NCBI GenBank assembly: GCA_001643675.2
Contig: LSRY02000006.1
Location: forward strand, 1,922,001-1,986,000
Length of the DNA: 64,000 nt
Direction: 5' to 3'
Origin: Monocercomonoides exilis PA203
Lineage: Eukaryota; Protista; Preaxostyla
The number at the start of each line of letters is the position of its first letter. Position 1 is the first letter of the stretch. The notes under the pieces are model-generated. The model was not told the DNA's origin. It worked only from the letters and a program-made list of their open reading frames with translations, and did not search any database. Position numbers and translations under genes: made by a program. Below are positions 10,117 to 22,700 of the stretch, piece after piece.

Positions 10117-11181
10117 CAATCGTTCTAAAACCCGGGAATTTTTCTAAAACCCGGACTTTTTCATAAAATTCATATTTTTCAACAACTTTCAAAAATAAAA
10201 TTATGATAATTCACATAATTATTCATCGGTATATAACACATATAATCATGTACAAATTTTTATTTATTGTGCTGTATTTATGAAGAAATAAATAATTTTT
10301 ATTTTTGATAATCTGACTTTTAATTATTTTTTCTGTTTCAACAAAACGATTCAGTTCATCTTTTATACATAAAACTAATTTTTTCTTTGTTGCAAACTGT
10401 TCTGGTTATTTTTCATTTTCGGCAATTTGCTCTTTCTAGCGGAATGAAAATCTATCATTTTTGAAATATCAGTATCAATGGGATAACTTAAAAAATATTT
10501 TTTGCAAAACACAAAAACATCCAAGTGAATTTAACACATGCATTAATAAATATGATAGTTATATAAAATTTCTTTATTGATGAAATTTAAAATGATTCAG
10601 TAGGAATTTCATAAATCAAGATTTTTTTCTTAATTGATGATTAATAATGATCATTTTCATTGAATTTTCTACCAAATTGTATTTTATGAAATTCTTACTG
10701 AATCATTTTAAATTTCATCAATAAAGAAATTTTATATAACTATCATATTTATTAACGCATGTGTTAAATTCACTTGGATGTTTTTGTGTTTTGCAAAAAA
10801 TATTTTTTAAGTTATCCCATTGATACTGATATTTCAAAAATGATAGATTTTCATTCCGCTAGAAAGAGCAAATTGCCGAAAATGAAAAATAACCAGAACA
10901 GTTTGCAACAAAGAAAAAATTAGTTTTATGTATAAAAGATGAACTGAATCGTTTTGTTGAAACAGAAAAAATAATTAAAAGTCAGATTATCAAAAATAAA
11001 AATTATTTATTTCTTCATAAATACAGCACAATAAATAAAAATTTGTACATGATTATATGTGTTATATACCGATGAATAATTATGTGAATTATCATAATTT
11101 TATTTTTGAAAGTTGTTGAAAAATATGAATTTTATGAAAAAGTCCGGGTTTTAGAAAAATTCCCGGGTTTTAGAACGAAGG
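10117..11181. mobile_element. Foldback/MITE-like non-autonomous element, arms about 499 bp, 67-bp spacer, probable TA TSD
   Basis: 10120-10615 is the reverse complement of 10683-11178 with about 2 mismatches. Termini are TA|CAATCGTTCT and AGAACGAAGG|TA. Each end carries a tandem subterminal motif TTCTAAAACCCGG x2. No ORF. Confidence 0.85.
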
Positions 11182-11319
11182 TATATATATTTTTTATAAA
11201 AAAATACTTAAAATACTCAAAAATCAAAATAAAAAATAATACTTAAAAATCATCGCAATTGCAAGAAAAATATAGCACAAACACATTTTCGAATCACATT
11301 TTCAATAAATTGGATTCGC

Positions 11320-14300
11320 TCAATCATCTTCGAAAAACGGTTCCTGTTCATCAGCTGGTAAAAGAAACGAATTTGATTCTGAATCATTGGAGCTAATTTC
11401 ATATGCCTTTTGCTTCTTTTTATTGGAACTGTAATTCTCAGCATTTTGTTGAGCAATAAATATTTCTTGAACTTTTTTCTGAAACATCTCTTTGCTTTTT
11501 TTGATTCTTCTCCTCCTGTAAGCAAAGAATAAAAACAATGAAGCACAAATTTTCAAAAAAAATATAGGTAAAAGAATTGACAGCACAATAATTCCATCTC
11601 TTCTATTCCGCGGACTGACTGGATTGTTTGGATCATATTTTTTCTCTTTTAACACAAACGGTGAAGAATAAGATATTCCATTCATGATATCAGTTTTAAC
11701 AGCCATTCGAAGAGAAATCGATTCATTTGGTGGAGAATCATTGAAAATAGAGTTGTTTGTGTAAAAAATAAGTTGATGATCATTAGCTGTTGTAACATCC
11801 GCAACAGATTCGATTTTTGAAATGTTGTCAGCTTCAAAAAGCAACTCCAGGGACAATCCACATGGAATTAGCATCTCTCCATTCACCGTAAAGCGAAGCC
11901 TATTTTCTAAAGCAACGAAAGTCACTGAGCTGATGACTGGAAGAAAAAACACAGAAATTCCAGGTGTCACAGCTGGACCGGATATGGAGCAATCAACATT
12001 GCTTATCCACAAGCAATTCTGTGAACTAGGAATATCTGCTTGAATATCAGTTAATTGTAGTTTTGCAGCACTCCCGCAACTCATGTGCAGTCGCATGCTC
12101 TGATACTCGGTAAGACTTGAATTTAAAGAAATGAACTTCACAGAATTAAGAGCAATGTCCCCAGCTTTTATGCATATTCCTCCCAAATCTTGAATTTGGG
12201 TGAAGTTTGCACCGGAAAACGAAATCTCTTCAATTTTACCTTCAGAATTTTCCAACATTAAGAAGGCCTCTGTCCATTGACAACTTTTAATTGAACTGAT
12301 GCAAGATTGATAATCAATCATTGTTTTTTGCATATGACTGTTAGAAATATCAGCTACGTCAATGAAATTTGCATTATAAATGTCCGCACTGTCGTTTAAT
12401 GAATGCGAAAAATTTACAGACTTCATAGAAATATTGCAGCATTGAAGAGAAACACATGATTTTAATGTTGGAGACGAAAAGTTTGAATGCTGAATCAAAA
12501 CACTCATTTTTCGATTGCTTGTTGAACGATAATATTTTTCTGTGTCTTTTACTTCGACAACGATATGACTTGTGTAGAAAGAAGCGGAAGACAACCCAGT
12601 AGCGAAATTTGTTTTTGTCACATTTAGAAATTGAGGAAATGGCACTTCGACGTTATTTTTTATACGAAGAATTGGAAACATGGTTCCTTTCATATTAAAA
12701 GTGCAATTATGAATTTCTAAGTTTTTTATATCATAACAATCAATAACTGGACCTATTTTGAAAAATGTCTCTATAAATACTTGGTTTAAAAACGCTTTCC
12801 CTGAATTCATTTTAAGTAAGAGACTCAATCTATTTGAGATAAACAGGTTAATTTTCATCGAAGAAAACGTGAGGGTGCTGTCAAATTCCGAAAAAATTGA
12901 ATCTCTGTCAGATTCAAACGATTCTTTTTCCAGAACAGTGAACGACTTCAAAGTTGTTATTCCGCCGCAACAAATAACACCATCATCCACATTCTCCGAT
13001 ACACATACTGCATCCAACAGAAGTTCTGGATTTGCACCTGAACCCTCAAGTTCAGCATTCAAAATAGTTATTTCTGAGCCTATTGAAACAGAGTTCATAA
13101 TTGATAGATGACAAATATCTGCTTCCGAAGCTCTTGAAGAGAAATGTTCTGGCGAGCAAGCTGGACTTTTTAAATTTGCGCACAATGATTCATCATTCGA
13201 AACTATATTTTTCATTTGAAGATGAGTCAAGCCATTCGATAATGTCTTGCACGGAATAATCTCCGTTCCACAGTTGGCAACTTCCTTTCCCAGTTTTCCA
13301 TCAACGCATACACTTGTATCTGAATAAAAATTCTTTATTTGCAATTCATATATGTCAAGAAATGCATTTGTAGAATCGCTGCCTACAATTGAATTACTCC
13401 AATCAACTTCCTCACCATCAAAATTGATACGGAACATTGAAGCAGTCAATTGCCTTTCTAAAGAATTGCATTGAACAAATATGTTCTTTCCATACTTTGC
13501 AACATTGCCTTTTACAGACAGTCTTTTGAAAAAAATGTGCAGCAAATCAAAGTTCTCTCCTTGCGAAGGAGTTATTACACAAAAACAGCCTCCTTTTCCA
13601 ACCGTCTCCGAGCAAACACAGTTGTGGCACTGGCAATCGATCACACTTAGCTTTTCATTTGAACAAATTCTAACACAGCAAATGCCACCAAATGAAGATT
13701 GTGCTGCACGACAATCAGAAAAGGTGGAGTTGATAAACTCCAGTTCAGTTTGAGGATCGTTTGAAAAATCTTCACTTTCCTTTAAAGATATTACAGGTTT
13801 AGTGGAACCAGAATAAGCTTCAATTTCTGAATTGGCAAAAATAAAGTGAATATTATAAGCGTTTGCAATTTCTGAATGTGGTGGAGACATTGAGAAAAGA
13901 GCAGAATCAGAAGATATGAAAGAAGATAACTTTAGACAATTTGCCGAAATAGAGCCACTTATCACAAGAAAAAGCGGATTGCGAAGTGACACATTTATGT
14001 CAGACGGAGTAAGAATGCTCACATTCGATAGAATGAATGCAAATTTATCTGTTGAAAGTCTATTTGGAGTGGAGTGAAGTGGGACATTACACCCGCTTTT
14101 GAATTGTGGTGAAGTGAATGATGATTTGTCCAAAGAAGTATGAATTCTTGATTTTGCTAATTCACTTGTGGTTTTTGAAGAATGTGGTTTAACAAATGTG
14201 AAAGATCTTTGAAGTTGTGATGAATCAGCAGAAGAATATTGCGACGAAAAATGAGTTGCTACACTTTCATCATATGTGTCAACAGAATTGATAAAAAACA

Positions 14301-16557
14301 AAGACCCATCAACATTACTATTCATTGAAGGATCATAAACAATTGATATATCAGAGATCAATGCAGCATTAGAGTCAATATGAATGAAAAATGTGCCACC
14401 CCTGGCCAATCTTGGGTATATCGATGATAGCTCCTTGCCTGCTCCAATGATAGATAATTGATTGGATAAATCTCCCAATGAATCATCACCACGAATAGAA
14501 CCTTGAAGTGCAATCAGTGTGCAAGGGAGTGAAATGCCGCATTGTTGGATTCCTTCACTCAAAAGGTTGCATGGGGATTCTTTTGTGATTCCACAGCCAA
14601 CTGAAGCTTCCTCATCGAATGAATTAATACTTCTATCTTCCATTAAACGTTCTTTTTCTCGAACATAAACAGTTTTCATTCCACGAGGAATCCATTCGTC
14701 TCGTTGAAGGAATAATGAAATGCCGTATCGTAAAACGCACCGCTTGGATTTACGAGTGCTCAAGCAATCTGAGAAAATAGACTTTCCTCCAAACACTTTT
14801 TCTCCATCAATAACCATAGCATCGCATCCAACTATATCGCTGAAATCCTCATCTTCGCAGGTGTTGTTTGCGAACAAGCAGTAATTGACTGTACTGCAAG
14901 CTATAGATGAAATGAATGATAAGGAAAGACACCCTACTATTTCATGGCCAGAGCAAAAAGAAAAACTGCAGTCAGATAAAACAGTACAGTCATTTTTATT
15001 AAAGCAACAGACAATACACCCACCTCCCCAGCCATTCTCAGATTTGCACCGAAAAAACTCAAGGTTGTTTAAAACTACATGAGGCTGTTCATTTTCTATG
15101 AAATGTTCATTTTGGGAATCTTCAGAAGAAAGATTCTGAAAAGATGAATTTGTTGAAAATGATAATTGGGTATGAATATTATCTTTTTCGTAATTTTTTT
15201 TGACTTGAATATGTTCGTCGCAAAATTTGCTATTTTCCATTACATGTAATAACATTACATATAATCCTCCGCAGTGACCATAAGTAGCACAATTAGAAAA
15301 TTGAGAACCGCTTGCAGCAATTGAATCCACTAAATTGAATGAGATAGCACCAGTATTCACTATTTCTTGCTTTCCTGTTGTTGAACAATTTTCAAATAAA
15401 CAACCTTGAACTGAACACTCTCCGGGACCATTTATTATAACAGCTCCTCCACTTAAAAAAGCATGACATTCAATAAATGAACAATTTTTAAGATAAATAC
15501 TCAAAGAATTTCCTTGTTTCAATTTTGAAAGCAAGTTTTCAGTAGATGATACACTTTCTTTAGTAATTGCATTTGAAATGAAGGATCCTTCAAAATTTGT
15601 TGCTAACTTTGTCGAAAAAGTGACAGAAGGAAAGCTTATGAAGATAGCACCACCACATGTTTCAGGGGAAATAGAGAACGACTGGCCATTAGCTCGAAGT
15701 TCAATAAAACTGGAGTCCACAAATGAATAATTTGCAATTTGTTGAAAGCCAATAATTCTTTGATGATTTTCATTATTAATGATTGAAGGTTGAAAAAAAT
15801 TACTCTGAATTCGTTGACAGCAAGCAACTGTACAGTTTTTCAAAGAAAATGTCCTTTGCTCATTATAATAATTACAATCCTTTCTCACGCCCAGAAATAG
15901 AGTTTCATATATTGCATCATCTACAGATCTGAAGGATGTTTGTTCAACATTTGATTTGGAGAAACTATTTGTGATTCTTTTGAAATTCCTGCAATAATTT
16001 CGAGAAGTTGAGCAAAAAGATATGTTAGCAAAATTGCAATTGAAAATGGTAAATGATGAAATGGTACTTGAACAAAGAAATGGCGAAAGAAAATCTTGCC
16101 TAATTGAAAGAGAGCAAAAAGATGTTTGTGAATAAATAACTGATCCTCTTTTTGTTAAATCCAACATGGGAAATATCATAGAATTTAATTTCAGATCGTT
16201 TTTCAGATTTTGCAGAATTGTTATGTTCGTTAGATAAATAGAACCTGATGATTCAAAAATATATTTTGATGCATTTTCCTTTATGAATGCTGATGTGGCA
16301 GTTAATATTAATTGAGAAAGTTCGTCTAATACAAATGGTATTTGATTTTTTATTAATATACAGGTCATTTCATTTATGTTAATTGTTGAATTATTTGAAC
16401 TGATTAATGAGTCAAAATAAAACGATTGAAGAGTGTAACTCTCTTTTAACTTGAAAAAATCGTTATGCATCGTATTTGTAAAGCATGACAAAGAATGTGT
16501 AATTTCAATAATGCATATTATAACAGAAAAAACATAAAAGAAAATAAATTGAAGCAT
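11320..16557 (-). CDS. Giant Cys-rich type-I membrane protein (1745 aa), putative beta-helix/pectin-lyase-like ectodomain, no kinase domain
   Basis: Hydrophobic N-terminus, GGA(I/V) and FxxC repeats, CGxxxx(x)PC modules (CGITKESPC, CGTEIIPC), TM GIIVLSILLPIFFLKICASLFLFFAY followed by RRRRIKK, and a short acidic tail. Confidence 0.85.
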   Translation of the reverse strand: MLQFIFFYVFSVIICIIEITHSLSCFTNTMHNDFFKLKESYTLQSFYFDSLISSNNSTININEMTCILIKNQIPFVLDELSQLILTATSAFIKENASKYIFESSGSIYLTNITILQNLKNDLKLNSMIFPMLDLTKRGSVIYSQTSFCSLSIRQDFLSPFLCSSTISSFTIFNCNFANISFCSTSRNYCRNFKRITNSFSKSNVEQTSFRSVDDAIYETLFLGVRKDCNYYNEQRTFSLKNCTVACCQRIQSNFFQPSIINNENHQRIIGFQQIANYSFVDSSFIELRANGQSFSISPETCGGAIFISFPSVTFSTKLATNFEGSFISNAITKESVSSTENLLSKLKQGNSLSIYLKNCSFIECHAFLSGGAVIINGPGECSVQGCLFENCSTTGKQEIVNTGAISFNLVDSIAASGSQFSNCATYGHCGGLYVMLLHVMENSKFCDEHIQVKKNYEKDNIHTQLSFSTNSSFQNLSSEDSQNEHFIENEQPHVVLNNLEFFRCKSENGWGGGCIVCCFNKNDCTVLSDCSFSFCSGHEIVGCLSLSFISSIACSTVNYCLFANNTCEDEDFSDIVGCDAMVIDGEKVFGGKSIFSDCLSTRKSKRCVLRYGISLFLQRDEWIPRGMKTVYVREKERLMEDRSINSFDEEASVGCGITKESPCNLLSEGIQQCGISLPCTLIALQGSIRGDDSLGDLSNQLSIIGAGKELSSIYPRLARGGTFFIHIDSNAALISDISIVYDPSMNSNVDGSLFFINSVDTYDESVATHFSSQYSSADSSQLQRSFTFVKPHSSKTTSELAKSRIHTSLDKSSFTSPQFKSGCNVPLHSTPNRLSTDKFAFILSNVSILTPSDINVSLRNPLFLVISGSISANCLKLSSFISSDSALFSMSPPHSEIANAYNIHFIFANSEIEAYSGSTKPVISLKESEDFSNDPQTELEFINSTFSDCRAAQSSFGGICCVRICSNEKLSVIDCQCHNCVCSETVGKGGCFCVITPSQGENFDLLHIFFKRLSVKGNVAKYGKNIFVQCNSLERQLTASMFRINFDGEEVDWSNSIVGSDSTNAFLDIYELQIKNFYSDTSVCVDGKLGKEVANCGTEIIPCKTLSNGLTHLQMKNIVSNDESLCANLKSPACSPEHFSSRASEADICHLSIMNSVSIGSEITILNAELEGSGANPELLLDAVCVSENVDDGVICCGGITTLKSFTVLEKESFESDRDSIFSEFDSTLTFSSMKINLFISNRLSLLLKMNSGKAFLNQVFIETFFKIGPVIDCYDIKNLEIHNCTFNMKGTMFPILRIKNNVEVPFPQFLNVTKTNFATGLSSASFYTSHIVVEVKDTEKYYRSTSNRKMSVLIQHSNFSSPTLKSCVSLQCCNISMKSVNFSHSLNDSADIYNANFIDVADISNSHMQKTMIDYQSCISSIKSCQWTEAFLMLENSEGKIEEISFSGANFTQIQDLGGICIKAGDIALNSVKFISLNSSLTEYQSMRLHMSCGSAAKLQLTDIQADIPSSQNCLWISNVDCSISGPAVTPGISVFFLPVISSVTFVALENRLRFTVNGEMLIPCGLSLELLFEADNISKIESVADVTTANDHQLIFYTNNSIFNDSPPNESISLRMAVKTDIMNGISYSSPFVLKEKKYDPNNPVSPRNRRDGIIVLSILLPIFFLKICASLFLFFAYRRRRIKKSKEMFQKKVQEIFIAQQNAENYSSNKKKQKAYEISSNDSESNSFLLPADEQEPFFEDD

Positions 16558-16793
16558 ATTTTATTATATAACATATTTCTAAAAAAATTCATTTATTGAT
16601 TTTGTTTCTATTTATTTTTTTCATCTTAAATATTCACCAACATTTTCAATTCATATATTATATGTGAACCTTAATAATGATTCAAAGAGAATAGATTATA
16701 AATTATTGCTTTCTATTTGTTTTCCGTGTTATTGGCTCAAGTTTTTGTGGGAGCATTCCGTATTTAATTGAAAGATATCAGAAAATTATATGA
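16558..16793. promoter_or_regulatory. 236-bp AT-rich divergent (putative bidirectional) promoter
   Basis: The ATGs at 16557(-) and 16794(+) face away from each other. Confidence 0.5.
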
Positions 16794-19700
16794 ATGCCAT
16801 TAATAACTGATAGTTTTATTCTTTTCATCTTAATTTTATTGCCAGCACTTTCTGCGCACAAATCAGCACACATTCATTTAAATAATGAAAATAATCATTG
16901 CCCATTTATCATCTCTAATTCTAGCGTTTGCATCAGAGAAAATTTGCTGGATATTTTACAAAACAATTACACATGCTCAATTCAACAATTTTCATCTGTA
17001 ATTTTTGATTCATGCTTGTTTTTCCCTCAAGAATCGTATTCCTTTCCGATTTTTAGTTCGGATTCTTCACTTGCGCTTATAAATATATCTTTATACACCC
17101 GTTTTGACAAAATCACAAAGAATGCAGTTTTATGCGATTTAAAATCTTCAAATGCCAAAGTTTTTATATCCTCTTCACATATAACTTCGATGCGTTCATT
17201 TAAGGCTCCGTGCGCTTCGTTTTTGAGCAGTGGAAATGGTGAAATCGAATGCTGTCAAAATTCTGTAATATCAAACATTACTTTTGTAACAAAAAAGACC
17301 ACACACTTCATAGAAGATTTAACAGAAGCCATTGCAAATTGTTTAATAATGAACAACGAATTTTATGGAGTTTATTATGCTCTTTCGAACGGATTTGTGA
17401 GGGGTTTAGAGTCTAGTAAGCACACTTTCTCTTCAAACAATACATATATCCACTGTAACTCATTAGCAAATGTTATTCACAGAACCCAAACATTTGCACA
17501 AGAATCAATAAGTTTTTTTGAAGATTCATTTGCTTATTGCGTTGCAATGCTCCCCGAAGATCTTCCGCATGGAGGTGCAATATGCATTTATAACTGTCTC
17601 GAAGCAAATTTATCACTGAAAAATTGCGATTTCAATCATTGTTCAGCAAGTGGATATGGTGGAAGTGTGCTTACCAAATGCGTTAGGCAAGTTCATGTTT
17701 TGGAATGTAACTTTGACATGTCAAGTTCTGAGATATGTGGTGGAAGTCTGTCATTGGAATCTGTAAGAGAATTGTTAGTTGTGAATCAAAACACATTTTC
17801 GGGATGTTCAACTGCTTTTACTGGTGGTGCACTTTTATTGAACTTGCCTTCTGATTTGGGAGAAGCGAAATACTCACCACTTATGCATAGATCAATTTTT
17901 ATCATGTGCTCAACGAATCAAAAAACTTCGAATACACCATCACGTTTTTCTGGAACGAAGATATCAAAAGCGTATTCTCAAAATGGAGAAGGAGGAGCAG
18001 TTGCCATTGATAATGCCACTCCAACAAAATGTAATCTCAAGGAGTGTATGTTCCAGAAGACTACTTCTGAGAATCAGGGTTCTCTGAGTCTAGTAGACTT
18101 ACAGCACAATGATTGCTATAAAATACTTTTTTGTATTTTTCACATTAACACTTTTCAGCATGGAACATGCTGTGATATTGTGTATCATGTATCAATTATT
18201 GATACAATCAAAAGTCTGACTTCATGCTTCACTTTATCCACGCAACAGCCCACTGCTGTGTGTTATTCATCTTCACTTCGTTCTTTTTCCAACTCACTTT
18301 TCAATTATTCATCGAAATTCAACGAAAAATACTGGCAAAATGAGGATGAAGAGTGCAAGCCGGATGATGATATCTTGAGTTTTGGGAGCACAACAAAAGA
18401 CTTTGATTTTGAAACAGGAGATGTTTCGTCAATTCTTTGTGGGTCAGGAAAATATCTACCGTGCAAGTATTTGTCATCATTGTTAGATATTTTGCCTCGA
18501 GTTCCTTTGAAATGGACTTTTAACATGAAGAATGGGAAATATACTGAGCCAGACAAAATTTCTGTCAACGAATTGATGATCGTCATTAATGGAATGTCTC
18601 CAGATGAAACTATAATTCGCACATCAGATCAGTTTAATATGAAGGTGAAGTCGTTTATCACGATTTTAAAGGGAGAAATGAGATGCAGTTGCACTTGCTT
18701 TGCGCATCGCACAAGCGGATATCCTGTTCTCATTCGCGTACAGCAAGGATCTTCACTTTCTCTGTCACAAACTCGAATCGTCAACGATGAACTTGGGACC
18801 AATTTGCAGTACACATTCCCCATTCTGATAGTTGAAAACTCAAAGGTTGAAGCTTGGAAGATTTCTATCCAAGATTTTCAACTTTTCGAGCATCCATTTG
18901 TTAGCATTGTTTTGAGCGTTTGCGTCTTTTTCTAAATTATAAAGTTATATTTTTGCTCATTTTTTCCTTTTATTCAGACAACATATCCATCACAAATTAC
19001 ATTTACAAATTCCAACTTTTCTAACATTACTCGAGAAGATTCTGAAGAAGAGTTTCATTTCCGTGCAAATAATGACAAGCCTCAAGAACATAATAATGGC
19101 AATCCGTCATTTCTTGAGCTCACATCCTCATTGACTGAGCAAGACCTTTTTAAAACAATGGAATCTGAAGTTTCGTTTGATGACTGTGCTTTTGAGAAGT
19201 GTGGAAACAGAAATTCTTATTCTGGAGGCGTTGTGTGGTTCCGTCTTATGTCCAAGCATTTACTGCATGTTGTGAACAGTTCGTTTCATCAGTGCTATGC
19301 GTCTGAGATCAACGTAACAACGAGTCAAATAGAAAAGTCTTCGTTAATGTCTTGTTCTGTGCCTATGAATTGTGCTTGTCATCCAGAAATTCCATATTCT
19401 CAATTTTCCTCGTTTGCCGTAGAACCTGTCGTTGGCTGTGGAGGTGTGTTTTTCTTGGATGGGACTCATGGCAACTGCGAATTTAGCTTTAAGTTTTCAG
19501 ATGCAATGTTCAAAGATTGCAGGGCTGCATCAGGGAGGGATGTGTTCTTGGTGGGAAACTCACTGCAATACATAGAAATGAGCCAGTTTACATTTAGCAA
19601 AACGCCTACGAACTACGACTATGTGAACTCGTTTGTTGTTCAGGACCAGTTTTTATGGCCAATGGGGATTGACTATTTGAAAATCATTTGTGTTAAGTAT

Positions 19701-22700
19701 TATTATCCATTTTTCATATCTGATCAATTTGGGAGCATTGACTGGGTTACTTGTGGAAATCAGACGCAACCGTGTGAAAGCTTAAACTATATCAAAGAGA
19801 AGTTCAAAAGGTTTGAAAGACGAAAGTTCTTCATCAGGGTTCTTTCAAGTGTAAAGCATTCCGAACCATTTGAAATCTCACAGGATTTGACTATTTGCGA
19901 TGGAGAAGAAAACTTAAACAAGTCGTTTATAAATTTTGTGAATAGTGACAAAAGCGACTCTGAAGAGGCTCAACCATACTTCTTCAAAACAAAAAAAGAT
20001 CTGTCTTTTTCTTTCATTACTTTCAGGTTTACTGAAGATATTGATTCTCATATTCAGACTGTGATTTATGCGCTTTCCAACTATTTGAATTTATTTTCAT
20101 GTTCCTTATCTACGGAACCGAATGTCAAAATGGGCTGTTCATTTCTAACATCAGAATCTGGTCGTGTGCATTTACAGCAATTCTTTTCGCATTCATGGGC
20201 TTCTGCGACATCTCCGCTCTTTTCTTGCACAGACTCCATATGGCAATCCCAGCTATTGAGCGTATCCAATATTAATCTGAATGGATTTCCCTTATTCTAT
20301 TTTCAGTATTCAAAGCAATCGAGGATGAATGCTTCGTCCGCTGGTCAATATCTTCAAAACTTCATAATTTTCACTGAATGTTCATTTTCTGGTTTAATAT
20401 CAACCAAATCAATTGTTACAATTTCCGCTGCAAATGCTGAACAGCTCTATCCTCGCAACAGTATCAACATTTCTTTAAATCATCACGTAACTGCATCAGA
20501 AGGAGATTACCGTCATTATTCAAAAGAGGAGCAAGATTACAAAGTTAGCTTGTTCTTTGTTAAAAGTAATGTGACTGACTTGCAAACAGGAAGCGATTCT
20601 TCGTGTATCTGCGAGGTCAGTAAGGAATTAGCTGGACAACTTGTGACCTCATTGAATTGCAACAATATCAGCATCAATCAATGCCATTCACAGTCAAAGA
20701 AGGGCGGAATTTTCAGTTGGTATTTATCAAGAAAGATTGACAGCTTTTTTGTTTTAAGTAACGCAATCTTTTCTAACTGTGGTTCACAATATGTTAATGC
20801 AAAAGGTGGATGTGTCTTTCTTTCATGTGAGCAGGGAGCATCATCGTTTCTATTTTTCTCAAACGTTTTTAGCAAGCTTTCAAGTTGCATAGGCAGCGCG
20901 ATATTTCTCCAGGCACCAATGTTGGATGATGTTGCTCAACCACAACATTTCCGGATGGAATTTAATCAGTCGTTTGAAGATGACTACTTGTTCAGAGGGT
21001 GCAACGAATCTGACTCTGAAAATGCAAAATCTGTAGACATCCTACCATTTATTGATGTTCAAAGATATGAAAACTTTTTTGTTTCATCATCACATCCAAA
21101 TGCCAATGGATCTCTTCTTTGTGGAAAAACTATTGATTCTCCGTGCAATTCTTTTAATGCTGCTTTAAAACTGGCGTCATCACGGCAGACTTCTCTTAAT
21201 GTCATTGGAAATGTGCTTGTAGATGAAGAAATAATAAACACAGGAACTGTTATCGCATCAGCTAAGAGCGAATATGGTTTCAACTCGTCGCTATTCAGCA
21301 AGCGGAATTGTGACACATCTGATATAGCAGAAGTACAGCAGAGTACAATTACCATCGCAAATGTTAAAACAAGCAATGGACTTGCTGTTTTCTCTTCTTT
21401 CAGTTTTGCAGAATGCAGAAGTGTTACCTTTCTGATCAAGCCAAGCCAACAGCTCGTTCATGATTCGTTGTTTTATGCATCTAACAGTGAATTAAACTTT
21501 AAAGCATGCATTTTTACTATGGATGGTGAATCATTATGCAATGTTTGTCCAATTTCTTCTTCTTCTTCCTCTGTTTCTGCTTTCGGAGACTCGAAGTTCA
21601 CAGCTTCTCTGGGCACACCTTTACGAATGCACTTGTTTCTAGTGATAATGGGGCGCTTTTTACTGGAAAATACAGCAATTCGATCAATGCAATTCTCAGC
21701 ATCGCCTATAGCTTGCTACTCATCTACCACGTTCATCATTTTAATGTGTGAATTCACTGATATCACAAACATAAACACAACTTTTTTCTCTGTTTCGTCT
21801 GGGATGATTGAAATAGGAAGCGACTGTTTAATAGATGTGGAGGAAACAATGTTTCAGCGTGTTACCAGGTTGGATACCGAAGGACCATCAATCTTTGACA
21901 TTTCTGCTGAAGCCTCAGAATCTGCACGTATAGATTCTGTAGCATTTTATGACTGTGTAAGTGCAACAAACACAAATAAAGGAAGTATCGGAAAGTTTCA
22001 TAAAGTGAGGGTTGTTTTGATGAACAGTGTATTTGACGAGAAACCATCTGCGAATCTGCATTCGTTGAAATACTCCTTCAACAAGGCAAATGGAGAGATT
22101 GGAGCAGACGAGCAAAGAAACCAGTTTTTGCTGACATCAAAGAATTCCAGCCATTTCAACTCATCCATTGGCTTTTATTCGTCTCCGTATTCAGGTGAAG
22201 ACAGCACCGTTTGTGAATGGGCAAGCTCTCTTATGGATTTCACCTCATCCGAAGTGCAAACAATAAATGTGACATTTGTAAATTGCAGAAACGGCGCCTT
22301 ATCGTTCAAAGGTGGGACGATTAAACTTGAACGAGTAATTTTCTTCAACAATTCAGACATGAGCAGCGAGTGGGCATCGATTCACAGGAATGTCCTGTGC
22401 ACAGGGAAGGCAGAGGTTAGCCTGTCTGTGCCTGAGACTGGCGATGGATCAAGCAGCAGCCCTTCTTTGTGGATGAGCGAAGGCGACTGCAATGTGACTA
22501 TCCCATCCAACTCGCCACACAACGAGACTCTGTTATTTGTGCCTGTTGTGCATTCTGCAAAGTATCGTTTGCTGAACGATGGCAGCTACGAATTCACAGT
22601 GAACGGAACAGATCTGTGCCCTTGCCAGCTGTTTTTCTTCTTGTCACTGAAGTTATTGGAAAATAATAATACAAAAAAATTCAGTTTTACGTATTTCAAT

